A DNA stretch of 63,190 bases, filler included, from Octopus bimaculoides (taxonomy: Eukaryota), in assembly GCF_001194135.2 (NCBI RefSeq). It is 8 parts of 8 records of this genome, joined end to end, with 100 filler letters (N's around TTAATTAATTAA, not from the genome) between each part and the next. Parts side by side here need not be neighbours in the genome. Positions count along the whole stretch, not along the records: positions 8,430 to 15,070 come from NC_068998.1; positions 15,171 to 23,156 come from NC_068983.1; positions 23,257 to 32,028 come from NC_068989.1; 5 more parts are not named here. One strand, given 5' to 3'. A model generated the notes under the pieces. It worked only from the letters and a program-made list of their open reading frames with translations. It was not told where the DNA came from and did not search any database. Shown here one piece after another: positions 13,575 to 25,689 of this stretch; within the stretch, counting starts at the first letter, position 1; each line of letters opens with the position of its first letter. The position numbers were made by a program, and so were the translations under genes.

Positions 13575-13725
13575 GTAGACGGTGTACCGTGCATCAGGTG
13601 ACAAACTTGTCACAGAGCAACGTAAGATGAAGTGTTTTGCTCACGAAAACAGCGCACCAACCGATCCAGGAATTGAAACCTCGTTCGTTCGCGAGTGCAA
13701 CCCCCCTAACCATTAGGCCATGCGC
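13575..13725 (-). mobile_element. SINE family A head
   Basis: reverse complement shows the A-box, GGTTTCAATTCC B-box and AGCAAAACACTTCATC. Confidence 0.6.
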
Positions 13726-13730
13726 CTTCA

Positions 13731-13787
<57 letters not shown>

Positions 13788-13809
13788 CATATATATATGT
13801 ATATATATG

Positions 13810-13841
<32 letters not shown>

Positions 13842-13847
13842 TATATA

Positions 13848-13899
<52 letters not shown>

Positions 13900-14257
13900 C
13901 ATACATACAAAGTTTGAATTGTTTCCAGTGGATGTTTTGTTCATTACTCAGTTAAAACAGTCTCCAGTTCTTGTAAGAATGATGGTAGGGGACATCGACT
14001 CCTTATATGTTTTTCTAAAATGTACCATAAATGCTCAATAATATTGAGATCTGGTGGCTGTGGTGGCCAGATAAGATGTTCAACTTTGCTAGAATGTTCC
14101 TCGTGCCATTCAGGAACAATTTAGCTGTGTGAATTAGTGCATTATCATGCACTAATTGCTTTCAAGTAAAGAATTGCTTTCAAGTAAAGAATAACCGACA
14201 ATTCAGAACTATCTGAGAGTCTTTCAGAACAACAACAACAACAGCAAAAACAACAAT

Positions 14258-14305
<48 letters not shown>

Positions 14306-14339
14306 AATAATAATAATAATAAAAATAATAATCCTTTCT

Positions 14340-14545
14340 ACTAAAGGCACAAGGCTTGAGTTGTGGGGCGACGCGACTAGTCGATTAAATCGACCCAAGT
14401 GTTTCACTGGTACTTAATTTATCAACTCCGAAAAGATGAAAGGCAAAGTCGACCTTGGTGGAATTTGAACGCAGGACGTCAAGGTGGGCGATATGCCGCT
14501 AAATATTTTGTCCGGCGCGCTAACGTTTCTGTCTGCTCGTTGCCT
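14340..14545 (-). mobile_element. SINE family B
   Basis: GAAAAGATGAAAGGCAAAGTCGACCTTGGTGGAATTTGAAC; matches 50660-50875 in reverse. Confidence 0.8.
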
Positions 14546-14668
14546 TGGGGAAGAACTATGTTAACGACTAAACAATCAATTCGGGATAGTACAATATTGT
14601 TTGGAATTTGTGGCATCAATGACATGCGAAATAGCAAAAACAGAATAATAATAATAATAATAATAATG

Positions 14669-14714
<46 letters not shown>

Positions 14715-15170
14715 GAATATTTTTTATTCCTAAAAAATGAAATTTCACTGCAATACAAAGCACAGGACCTCCTATGCACGATGTCTCAATGAAACACGTG
14801 CGATCACACACGCAAAACCAACACCGGAAAGTTTACAAACTATATAAAAAAAAAGAAATGGAACAAAATAGTAAGTACATATATTGAATAATTACGCATA
14901 CACTTGAACGTGTACACAATGATATATACGTTTTGATACCCATAGAACTACACATGCATCTTAATGTTTACAGAACTACGTAAAAATCACAGGACACACT
15001 TACGGATACGAAAACACATATCACAAACGAAGCAAAACCAAAACTTTTTTCTTTCTTCTTTGTTTATTTTNNNNNNNNNNNNNNNNNNNNNNNNNNNNNN
15101 NNNNNNNNNNNNNNTTAATTAATTAANNNNNNNNNNNNNNNNNNNNNNNNNNNNNNNNNNNNNNNNNNNN

Positions 15171-15246
<76 letters not shown>

Positions 15247-15282
15247 GAAAAATGCTTTAAATACTACAAAACGTACATGTAG

Positions 15283-15403
15283 GACAGACACTGAAAGACC
15301 CTATTCCTTTATCAGTTATCGACTAAAAATACTAATAATAATCAGTTCTGTTAGTATTTTTGGTCAATAACTGATGAAGAATTAGGGTCCTGATGTGTCT
15401 GTC
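15283..15403. repeat. short fold-back (hairpin) element
   Basis: core arms 15297-15337 and 15351-15389 are near-perfectly complementary; outer GACAGACAC/GTGTCTGTC pair. Confidence 0.8.
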
Positions 15404-15499
15404 TCACGTGTATCTTTTGTAGTATTTAATGCATTTTTCACTTATTGAGTAACTGAATGCGATGCATCCCGACTTTTGTATGAATGGTGCTTATTGCAT

Positions 15500-15857
15500 G
15501 CCACCAACACTGGTATCGGCCATAACTACAATTTCCATTTGATTGTGATTTGATTTGCTTTTGATTTTACTTGACTCAATAGGTCTCCTCAAGCACAGCA
15601 TGTCACCCAACAATTCAAAGGTACTTTTTAGATGGGCTGGTTATGCAACACTGGTGTCGGCTATGGCTGTGATCTCACTTTCCTTGCCATGTCTTCTCAA
15701 TCACAGCATTTCTCCAGAGGTCTTGGTCTTTCGTCATTGCCTCTGTGGGGCCCACCGTTCGGAAGTCGTGCTTCACCACCTCATCCCATGTCTTCCTGGG
15801 TCTCCCTCTTCTATGGGTTCCTTCCACTGTTAGGAAGTGACACTTCTTCACACACAT
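15500..15857 (-). mobile_element. RTE-clade LINE 3' end
   Basis: translation CVKKCHFLTVEGTHRRGRPRKTWDEVVKHD..KDQDLWR fits the RTE ORF C-terminus (RGRPRKTW). Confidence 0.85.
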
Positions 15858-15887
15858 ATCATTATATGTATATATTTAGCTGTGGGG

Positions 15888-16275
15888 CACAAGCATGGTT
15901 GTCTGATTAAAGAGTCTGCTTCTGAACCACATGGTTCTGCGTTCAGTCTCACTGCATGGCACCTTCAGCAAGTGTCTTCTACTACAGCCTTGTGAGTAGA
16001 TTTGGCAGACAGAAACTGAAAAAAGCCTGTTGTGTGTGTGTGTGAGTGTTCCTGTTTCTTTGAGTGTCATGTCACAGTTGTATACAAGTGTCACCGTCAT
16101 ACAAGCAGTGTGGTCCGTTTCTGATCTTCTATGAAAACTTTTTGGTTATGGTTCCTTGTTTGGAAATAGGTGGGTGTCAGTGACAGGAGGGGCATCAGTC
16201 TAGAAAATGTGTCTTAACGAATTCTGTCAGATCCATGCAAGCATGCAAAAGTGGCTGTTAAGACAACAATGATGA
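15888..16275 (+). mobile_element. SINE family D head followed by an RTE-tail repeat (family E) fragment
   Basis: 15900-16030 matches 41170-41310; ends CATGCAAAAGTGGCTGTTAAGACAACAATGATGATG. Confidence 0.65.
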
Positions 16276-16425
16276 TGGCATATTAAGAGAATGAGAGAGA
16301 GAGAGAGAAAGAGAAAATGACAGACAGACAACGATAGTAGATCCCTTTAGTTCGATTTAGCCATCACAATTAAGGCTGTAGTACACTCTGTTCTAAATAT
16401 ATATATGGATGTGTGTGTGTGTGAG

Positions 16426-16495
<70 letters not shown>

Positions 16496-16735
16496 CTCCA
16501 TACATACACACACATTCACAGATATATATATACATGCACACATATTTTTATGCTGTGGAAATGAAGTCTCAACTTGAAGGGAAACAAGCATAGGAAGTTA
16601 TCACATTCCTAGCTCTCCTCAAGAGAATTATTAATGTGTGAAGCAAAAATGGTACAGACCAGTTCCACTTAAAAACCAAAGCTAAATCACACAAGTTGTG
16701 AAAAGGGCACTGAAGCAGCAAGACATCTGACATAG

Positions 16736-16779
<44 letters not shown>

Positions 16780-18069
16780 GTATACACACACACATATCTA
16801 CGTACATTTTTATATATAAATGTTACATACATGCACACATTTACTTATATGTATGTGTGTGTGTGTGTGGGGGGGTATATATGTATAGGTATTATGTATG
16901 TATGTATATGTGTGTGTATGTATATATGTATATGTATGTATGCATATATTTGTATGTATGTGTATAATACAAATATATCATGTACAAGCATTTGAATATT
17001 ACATACACATATATATGTGTGTGTGTTTGTGTGTTTATATGTTTACATGCAATATATATCATATGTATATATATCATATGTATATATATGTACACTAATA
17101 TACATATATATATATATATAATATATATATGTACACTAATATACATATATATATATATATATACATACACACATGTATATACATCTATATGTATATAAAG
17201 TTTGTAGATGCAGACAACAAAGCTAAAACAGCACTGAGTATCCAAAGAAAGTGTTATTTATGATAATTTATGTGAGCTGGCAGCTTGCATGTAGTTATTC
17301 AAATTTCACATCCCCGATTGCCACTGGATGTGAAGATGTGATGACAAAAGATCAAGGCATGTAGTATTATACTGTGTGGGAAACTTGTACAACCCATGTA
17401 GACATGGGAGAATGGTTAAAACATTGATGATTTTGAAGAAGAGGAGTAGGACAATGACTGAAGATGATTACAAAGATGAAAGTTACTGACTAGATAAAAT
17501 ATTGGACCATTAGCATTCATGTTTTGTGTTTAAAGTTTCTGCAGGACTTTTGTTAATGTTTCTGAGTCAGGCAGGAAATTACATCAGTCTGGAATGCCTC
17601 ATTCAACACTAGATAACAGGTCTCCCAATCATGTTAAGATTTTTTTTCTTTAAATACTGACAGAATTTAGAAGTAAATTCTGGTTTTATAAATTCCTGCG
17701 GTCCATAACAGCATTTATCTCTTTTTCCTGATCTACTCTATTTGGTGACATATAAAATGCATGTATTTCCCCCCCCAAAAATGTCTCCAAAAAATCACCC
17801 TGGGTTCTATATTTGAAGTTATGCTTGTATTACATTCATTAATGCACAAAAAACTTTTTTCCTGAATATACGCTGTTGATATTGGGGTGCATTTAATGTC
17901 TGTGTGTCCTTTATGCCACCTAATATGGTATGGTATATCCTAGTGCTTGATGCAGATTCATTTTGCAAGTTCTATTTTGAGTAGTGATGATTTCAAATCT
18001 GTGCTGCATCCATGGAAAACATTATGCCACAGAAATCTGATTTTCTGAATATATATTTATCTAGTGACT

Positions 18070-18240
18070 ATGTTGGTGCCACATAAAAAGCACCCAGTGC
18101 ACTCTGTAAAGTGGTTGCTATAGAAAGGACATCCAGCCACAGAAACCTGTCAAAGTAGGCATTGGAGCTTGGTGTAGGACTCTGGCTTGCCAACTCCTGT
18201 TAAACCATCCAGTCCATCATCATCATCATCACCATTTAAT
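18070..18240 (+). mobile_element. family E (RTE-tail related) fragment
   Basis: GTAAAGTGGTTG..AAGGACATCCAGCC matches 43615-43700. Confidence 0.6.
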
Positions 18241-18532
18241 GTCTGTTTTTTCATGATGATGCTGTCAAAATTGATCTCTCAGAGTAATGGTAGGTGCAGC
18301 TAGTATACATATATACATGCAGATATGCATATGTATTTGCAGATAAATAGATATTTGTATATGAGTAAGATTTTATCATTATCATCATCATCATCACATG
18401 TCTGTTCTCCATCATGATGATGTCAAAATGGATCTCTCAGAATTATAGTAGCTGCAACTAATATACATATATATACATGCAGGTATGTATATGTATTTGT
18501 ATATAAATAGATACTTGTGCATTGAAGATTTT
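18217..18532. repeat. diverged tandem duplication, about 160 bp x2
   Basis: GTCAAAAT(T/G)GATCTCTCAGA...ATACATATATACATGCAG at both 18260-18320 and 18420-18482. Confidence 0.8.
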
Positions 18533-20999
18533 GTTGACAGTTAGATCAATGTTGCAGCTGATTTATTATGACAACTGTAAAAAGTTAACATGAGTTGAGA
18601 AGTATTGAATAGGCTTCATCAAACTTTTCCTCTCAGAAGTATTATAGAATTATAAATATTACTATTGACAGTCTTTCCTTCACTGCAGACTTTGTTCAAA
18701 GTAGTTTGTGGTTCAGTGAGAAATGGTTAAATATTTTATCATTATGCATCTGAATTTTACATTTTTGTGTGAAAACGTTTTTATAAAATTTAAACCACCT
18801 TAATTATTTACAATTTGTTCCAAAAACATGATAAATTTCTTTAAAGTGATAAATTTGTGCAAAAATGATATAAAAATGGAAAAAGTTCTCTTGTATTGAA
18901 TAACAATGACAAAAGTGTAAGGAGAAAACACAGCCAATGTTAGCATTGTGTCTGGGAACAAAATGGAAGATCTTTCCCGTCATCTTTAATTTCTAAAATA
19001 AAAAAAATTATCATTTTCCACACAAAATAAAAAAGAATGAGTAAGATGGATGCATGGGTCAAATATTGGATGACATTAATCTCAATATAGAACCTGTTCA
19101 AAACCCATAGGAAAAGATCAATAGTTGTTGTTTAATCCCCAACATAATCAACCCATCCTGTAGGTGCGTGTAGAACTATATTATCCAATGAGTGTCTTCC
19201 TGTTGCTGAAGGAATTACCATTTTCTTTGATCTTTCACTATCATATCTGTTAACCTCAGGATCGCATGATCTCTCCTCTCACCACTTTTACTTTCCATTG
19301 CTACTATAATGGCTTCTTTTTCTTGGAACTCAAGCACTCTCAACCCATTCACCTTTCCACCTCTCATCACCCTTGTTTCATCCAATCCTCTAAGTCCCAG
19401 ACTAACCATTATACCCAATCCTTTCCTCTGGAATCTTCTTACTCACTCAACAATTTAAACAAATTGTTAATGGCATCTGGTTCCCCTGTCTCACAGGGTC
19501 TGTAAAGGTCATGGGCCTTCAGATTCAACTAGTAAAAAGGAAAAAAGTCAGGGTTGAATGCTGACCTTCTTTTTTTAACCAAACTGTTAAAAAATAAAAA
19601 ATTTGATTCGGAAGAGGTAGTAAGGTTAGATCTAAGAATATTGGATGACTTTAGAAATAGGATCTCTCAAGGTGACAGATGAGCTGAGTCATCCAACTAC
19701 AGCAGCATGAACATGAGAATGTTAAAAAGCGATTGTGATATTATTAGTAAAGGTGCTGACTGCAAGTTTCGATTACACCAATTAATTATGTTGGCACTTT
19801 TTTCTGTCTTTCAGTTGACAACTGTATCTCTTTGAATGGTTTATCTTCATTATTTCCATTGAGATCTCTTATAGCAAGAAGATATAGAATTAAAACAACT
19901 ATCCCTGCTACTTAATATATTTCATCATTTCATTGTTTTATCTTGCTTCTCATTCTGATATTGATTCAACACTTTCCCCAACAGTACATACATATTCTGG
20001 TTTAATGATAACCAACTGATATAGACTGGAAATCTTCTCTTAGTAGTATTCATTTTTACATTTTTATTGCCTCTCTGTTTAGTTTCATTCAAAATTTCCA
20101 AATCTTCTCGTTTGTTTGTTTTCCTCCTACTTTATTTCTTCAATTCCTGCTTTCATGCTTTCCTTTATGTAAGGTTTCTCTCTCACACTCATTAATAATA
20201 AACACTAACAAAAAGAACAACTTTCAAATTTTGTGCACCTTTTCTTATTGTCAAAAGACTGAAGTGAAAATGTATAGTGGCATTTGATATTTTTCTTGCA
20301 TGAAGTACATCATTTAGTAATGAATGTATCCTAGTTAGAGTGTCTCAATAAATATAGTCATGATCTGGGTTCTGCAACCACATAGTACCTCTAACCCAAA
20401 TTCTACCCTAAAGTAATCCTTGTTTTGAACAGGTTCTCAGTGGAAAGTTGAAAAAAGAACAACAAATTGATTGTTGGAGAAACAATAAAGGGCTATTTAA
20501 GGATGAGATTCAAAGCACGCATGCACATGCATGCGTGCACACACACACTCCCTCCTCCCCTCTCTCTCTTTCTCTCTCACCCTGAAACTTTTGCAAGAGG
20601 TAAGTTTACAGATCCACCACAATTCCCAGTCATTCCTTCTCAGAACATTCAATTTCATCCCAAACTGTATTTTCCCTGCAACCACCAACTTGAAAGTTGT
20701 TCAAGTAGAAAAGAGTGAGATTAATACAGTTAATCTCACTTGTCTTAAAAAGCCTGCAAAGGTCATGGACACAGTCCTCTCTTCTTCAGATCAAACCAAT
20801 AAAAAAAAACGTATTGGACTAGTTGCTCTTAACATGTGAGTTCAAATCAGCTTTTAAATATTTAAATATTTTGTGGTGCTTCTGGGCATTTTTTCAAGAG
20901 TATAAGTGGAATGACTTTAGCTGAGAATTGAAGTTACATTATAATCTCAGTTTACCAAGGCTTTAACTATTACTCTATAATGTAATATTCATAGTTGTC

Positions 21000-21210
21000 A
21001 TCATCATCAGTATTATCATTTAACATCTGTTTTTCCCTGCTGGCATGGTTTGGACAGTTCGACAGGAGTTGGCAAGCCAGAGGACTGTGTGGAGCTCCAA
21101 TGATTGCTTTGGCATGGTTTCTATAGCTGGATGCCCTCTCTAATGTGGGCCACTTTATAGAGTGTGCTGGGTGCTATTTATGTGGCACTGGCACAACAAA
21201 TAAGGTCACC
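21000..21210 (-). mobile_element. family E copy
   Basis: CATCATTTAACATCTGTTTTTCCCTGCTGGCATGG..GCTGGATGCCCT. Confidence 0.7.
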
Positions 21211-21894
21211 AAAACAAGATCCCTCAACTGAATGCGGAGTAGTATTGAGGGAGGTGGATTTATGCTAGGATGGTGGTGAAGATGTTTCAGGGTGTACCCT
21301 CAAGTTACAGGAAGGTGAATATAAGAGAAGAGGTATGAATAAGTAAGTTTCCTCAAGTGTTGGAGGAGAGTGACTGTTGGATAGAGGTGGGGATATGATT
21401 ATAATAAGCTTATTGTATAGAGTGCTCAGGTGCATTACAACTCACTGGAAAAGGATAAAAAAAAGGGAACAGGAAGCAGCAATGAATGAAGTAAAAAAGA
21501 GAAGACAGCAACGATAGCCAAAAGTACATGCAGAGTATACAGAATAACACAGAAAAGTGAACAGAAAAAAAGGGCCATAAAGAGAAATGGGTGCATGTAT
21601 GAAGTAGTGTTGCCAAATTTCAAAAGCACAGAATTTTGGAAAGAATACATTTAGATAGTAAGTGGTAATTGATTAAAAGTAGGTTGTTGAGTTCTTGCAA
21701 TATCAGAAACAGTAGAGCATTGTATAAAATATCAAGTGTAACAGCTCTTTATGTTCTGAGTTCAAATCCTACCAAGGTCAACACTGCCTTAAATTTTTCT
21801 GAGGTCAATAAAATAAATACTAAAGTAAATAAGGAATTGGAATCAGTTTAATTGATTATACTTTTTCCTCCAAATATATATATATATATATATA

Positions 21895-22020
21895 GTGAGA
21901 ATTTACAAAAAAAAACAAAAGACAAAGACTGGTGTGTAAACAACAAACAAATGTATTAGTTTAACGCTCAGGAAGTGAGAAAGTATTTTACATTTCGAGC
22001 ATATGCTCTTCAACCAAAAG
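21895..22020 (-). mobile_element. possible Penelope-like terminal-repeat fragment with decayed hammerhead-like core
   Basis: minus strand TTGGTTGAAGAGCATATGCTCGAAATGT; family assignment from recall only. Confidence 0.35.
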
Positions 22021-22181
22021 GGTGAGAAAATCAATAAATATATATGGATCAAGACAGTTTGATCCAAATTCGTTGGTACTCTTGAGTTTCAAGCATGATG
22101 CTAGTCGACAGCCATTTTGAATTTGAATGTAACTCCCAATAAATTGGTTGAGTGCTCTTCTTTTGTTTGTCCACTCACTCG

Positions 22182-22214
<33 letters not shown>

Positions 22215-22295
22215 ATATTGTAGTGGTGCAGGCCGGTTTATGGGGTTGGGGTTACTCAGGGTAACCCCATAAACCGGCCTGCCCCACTATAATAT
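22215..22295. repeat. GC-rich near-perfect hairpin
   Basis: TAGTGGTGCAGGCCGGTTTATGGGGTT vs AACCCCATAAACCGGCCTGCCCCACTA: 26/27 complementary. Confidence 0.9.
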
Positions 22296-22425
22296 TAACT
22301 GCTCTACATCTTAGAGTGTGCTTCTCCGGATTTATGTATTTCTACAAATGATATATATATTTATATATTTATATTCATATATATAGAAATATGTAAATAT
22401 ATTTATTTATTTATATATTTATATA

Positions 22426-22677
22426 TTTGGAGTAAAGATTGTTTGCCAACATAACATGGCAATCCTAGTTTAGGACGAATGTTGCTGTAATTTAGCCCCA
22501 GGAGACATTGTCTCCAGCTGACTATACAACAGTATCTGTATCCTTGTTCAAAAATATAAGGACACAGATCATGTCATATAGCCAGCTGGAGACGATGTGT
22601 CCTGGGGCTAAGTTACAGCAACATTCGTCCTAAACCAGGATTGCCATGGTATGTTGGCAAACAATCTTTACTCCAAA
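22426..22677. mobile_element. palindromic MITE-like element
   Basis: arms of about 100 bp (TTTGGAGTAAAGATTGTTTGCCAAC.../...GTTGGCAAACAATCTTTACTCCAAA); pairing continues almost to the centre. Confidence 0.8.
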
Positions 22678-22751
22678 GTATTGTTGCTGAATATGTCTCA
22701 TTGTGAGATTTACAAATAGTAATTTTCTAATTTACATATTTATTTATTTAG

Positions 22752-23155
22752 ATAGGGGTCCACCAAGGTTCCGTCCTCAGCCCCCTCCTATTTATCATAG
22801 TCCTCCAGGCGATCACAGAGGAATTCAAGACAGGTTGCTCTTGGGAGCTCCTCTATGCTGATGACCTTGCACTAATTGCGCAGTCACTATCAAAACTAGA
22901 GAAGTTTAAGGTGTGGAAGCAAGGACTAGAATCGAAGGGCCTTAGAGTCAACCTAGCAAAAACCAAAATCCTAATAAGTAGGAAGGTAGATAAAACACAA
23001 ACCCCTTCAGGTAGATGGCCCTGCTCAGTATGCAGTAAAGGAGTAGGTAGTAACTCTATAAGATGTACCCGGTGCAAGCTATGGACACATAAGAGGTGCA
23101 GCAATATCAAAGGCAGATTAACTACAAAGTTAGTCTTTGTATGTGGCAGATGTTC
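22752..23155 (+). mobile_element. RTE-clade LINE ORF fragment: reverse transcriptase C-terminal half plus PHD-type finger; runs into a gap
   Basis: open frame GVHQGSVLSPLLF..ELLYADDLAL..GLRVNLAKTK..WPCSVCSKGVGSNSIRCTRCKLWTHKRCS..FVCGRC. Confidence 0.95.
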
Positions 23156-24279
23156 ANNNNNNNNNNNNNNNNNNNNNNNNNNNNNNNNNNNNNNNNNNNN
23201 TTAATTAATTAANNNNNNNNNNNNNNNNNNNNNNNNNNNNNNNNNNNNNNNNNNNNATATATATATACATATATATACATGTATACATATATGTATGTAT
23301 GTATGTATGTATGTATTCGTATAGGTGTGTGTGTGTAATTTTTTTAAAAGCTTTTCTTACGTATATTTTCTGCTATTTTCATAACATTTTGATATCTCTG
23401 ACGTTTTCGAGAGGGAGTGCGGGTTTTGATTTTCTTATTTTCTTATTTTTTATTTTATTTTTTTTACTTGCATTCTTCTCTTGGGTCGAAAAAAGAAACG
23501 AAACGAAACGAAACACACATACACGTGCACATACACATACATTAACACACAAAGATATATGTATGTACGTATATATGTGTATATATATATGTATGTACTA
23601 TCTACATATTTATCCATCTATCTACCCATTTATATGTATATATACATATATATATCTATATATGTGTGTGCGTGTGTATGTAAGTTCGTATGTATGTATA
23701 TACATATATTTACATATACACTTATGTGTGTGAGTGTGTGTATGCATATACGCACACACACTGATGATAAAAAGACAGATAGATACACACATAGATGCAC
23801 ACATACATTCATACACACATGCATTCATACACACATACATACACACATACATAGGCATACACGCACATATACACAAACGCACATTCTTACATACATACGT
23901 ACATACATACATATATACATACGTACATACAGACATGTATGCATAAATCACGGCTTTTTTCTGCGATTCTCTTTCTTGTTATCGTCTGCTTAAGCAGTGT
24001 CTATAAATGACAGGGTGTAGAAATTGCCCCCAAGGGAAGAAAAGGTCAGAAGAGGGATTTTTGCTCCCTAATCTTCGACTCTGTACTTAGTTAAGTGTAT
24101 GGTGTGTGCGTGTATATATATATATATATATATTTACACACGCACATACATATGTATACACACACATACACACACACATACAAACGTGTGAATTTGCTAA
24201 TATATGCTTGGCCAAAATATCTATTCTATGTATTTGCGTGTGAAAATCTGAGCATCTCCGAATGTTTGCATGTATATAC

Positions 24280-24321
<42 letters not shown>

Positions 24322-24772
24322 NNNNNNNNNNNNNNNNNNNNNNNNNNNNNNNNNNNNNNNNNNNNNNNNNNNNNNNNNNNNNNNNNNNNNNNNNNNNNNN
24401 NNNNNNNNNNNNNNNNNNNNNNNNNNNNNNNNNNNNNNNNNNNNNNNNNNNNNNNNNNNNNNNNNNNNNNNNNNNNNNNNNNNNNNNNNNNNNNNNNNNN
24501 NNNNNNNNNNNNNNNNNNNNNNNNNNNNNNNNNNNNNNNNNNNNNNNNNNNNNNNNNNNNNNNNNNNNNNNNNNNNNNNNNNNNNNNNNNNNNNNNNNNN
24601 NNNNNNNNNNNNNNNNNNNNNNNNNNNNNNNNNNNNNNNNNNNNNNNNNNNNNNNNNNATAAATATATATACATATATATAATTTGAGATAAAGTTGTTA
24701 GAAAATGAGGAGATTAATAACAGTTACATCCGTGATATATGTATACAGATGTACTAAAGTATGTGTTATAAC

Positions 24773-24828
<56 letters not shown>

Positions 24829-24867
24829 ATTATATGTATACACATATATGCATGTATAGATTTTCTG

Positions 24868-24904
<37 letters not shown>

Positions 24905-25258
24905 TGGCATATTTATTTATATATGCTTATGAATGTGTACGTGTGGTAACGAGTGCGTGCGCGCGTGTGTAATCAGAGATTAAAAAGTAAATTGGATTGT
25001 CTCTAATCTGATGAGATGTGAAAACGGTATTAAAATATATGCATTATACACCCACCACCACCTATACAAGCACACACACACGCACACATACATGCATAAA
25101 CACACACTTTCATCTGTGTGTATGCATATGTATGTGTGAGTTCGTGTGTAGGAGTAATCTAAGAGATTGCTATATGCGATTAATAATTTATTTTAGTATG
25201 TGTGTGTGTATATATATATGTATACACATACATATATATACATACACACACATATGTA

Positions 25259-25305
<47 letters not shown>

Positions 25306-25689
25306 GCACACACACATATATATATGTATGTGTATATATATATATGTGTGTGTGTGTGTGTAGACGTAAATTTTATATATGCGTGTGTATATTATATATA
25401 AATTCATGCATACATATATGAAATGCTTATATACGTATATATGTACTTATACGTATATACATACATATCTACATACCTATATACATTTACATATATTTGT
25501 ACACACACACATACACCCCACACACACACATACACCCCCCCACACACACATACACACGCATGTACATACATACAAATGTTCGCGAACTTTCCAGGCCTTT
25601 CCAATTTGATTATATTGATACTGAAATTGAAGATGCGACAGTGATTTAAGAAGAAGAAATGATTACTTATGCAAGTGGAGTGATTTTCA

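Noticed and set aside
17740-17900. Possible Tc2/Kanga-like transposon end
   Set aside because: Resemblance is too weak and no partner TIR was found.
19215-19505. ORFs resembling decayed retroelement protein
   Set aside because: No diagnostic motif could be aligned with confidence.
20531-20839. 102-aa ORF with AG and GTGAGT signals (20612-20835)
   Set aside because: The acceptor lacks a pyrimidine tract, the peptide is unrecognisable, and no partner exon is evident.
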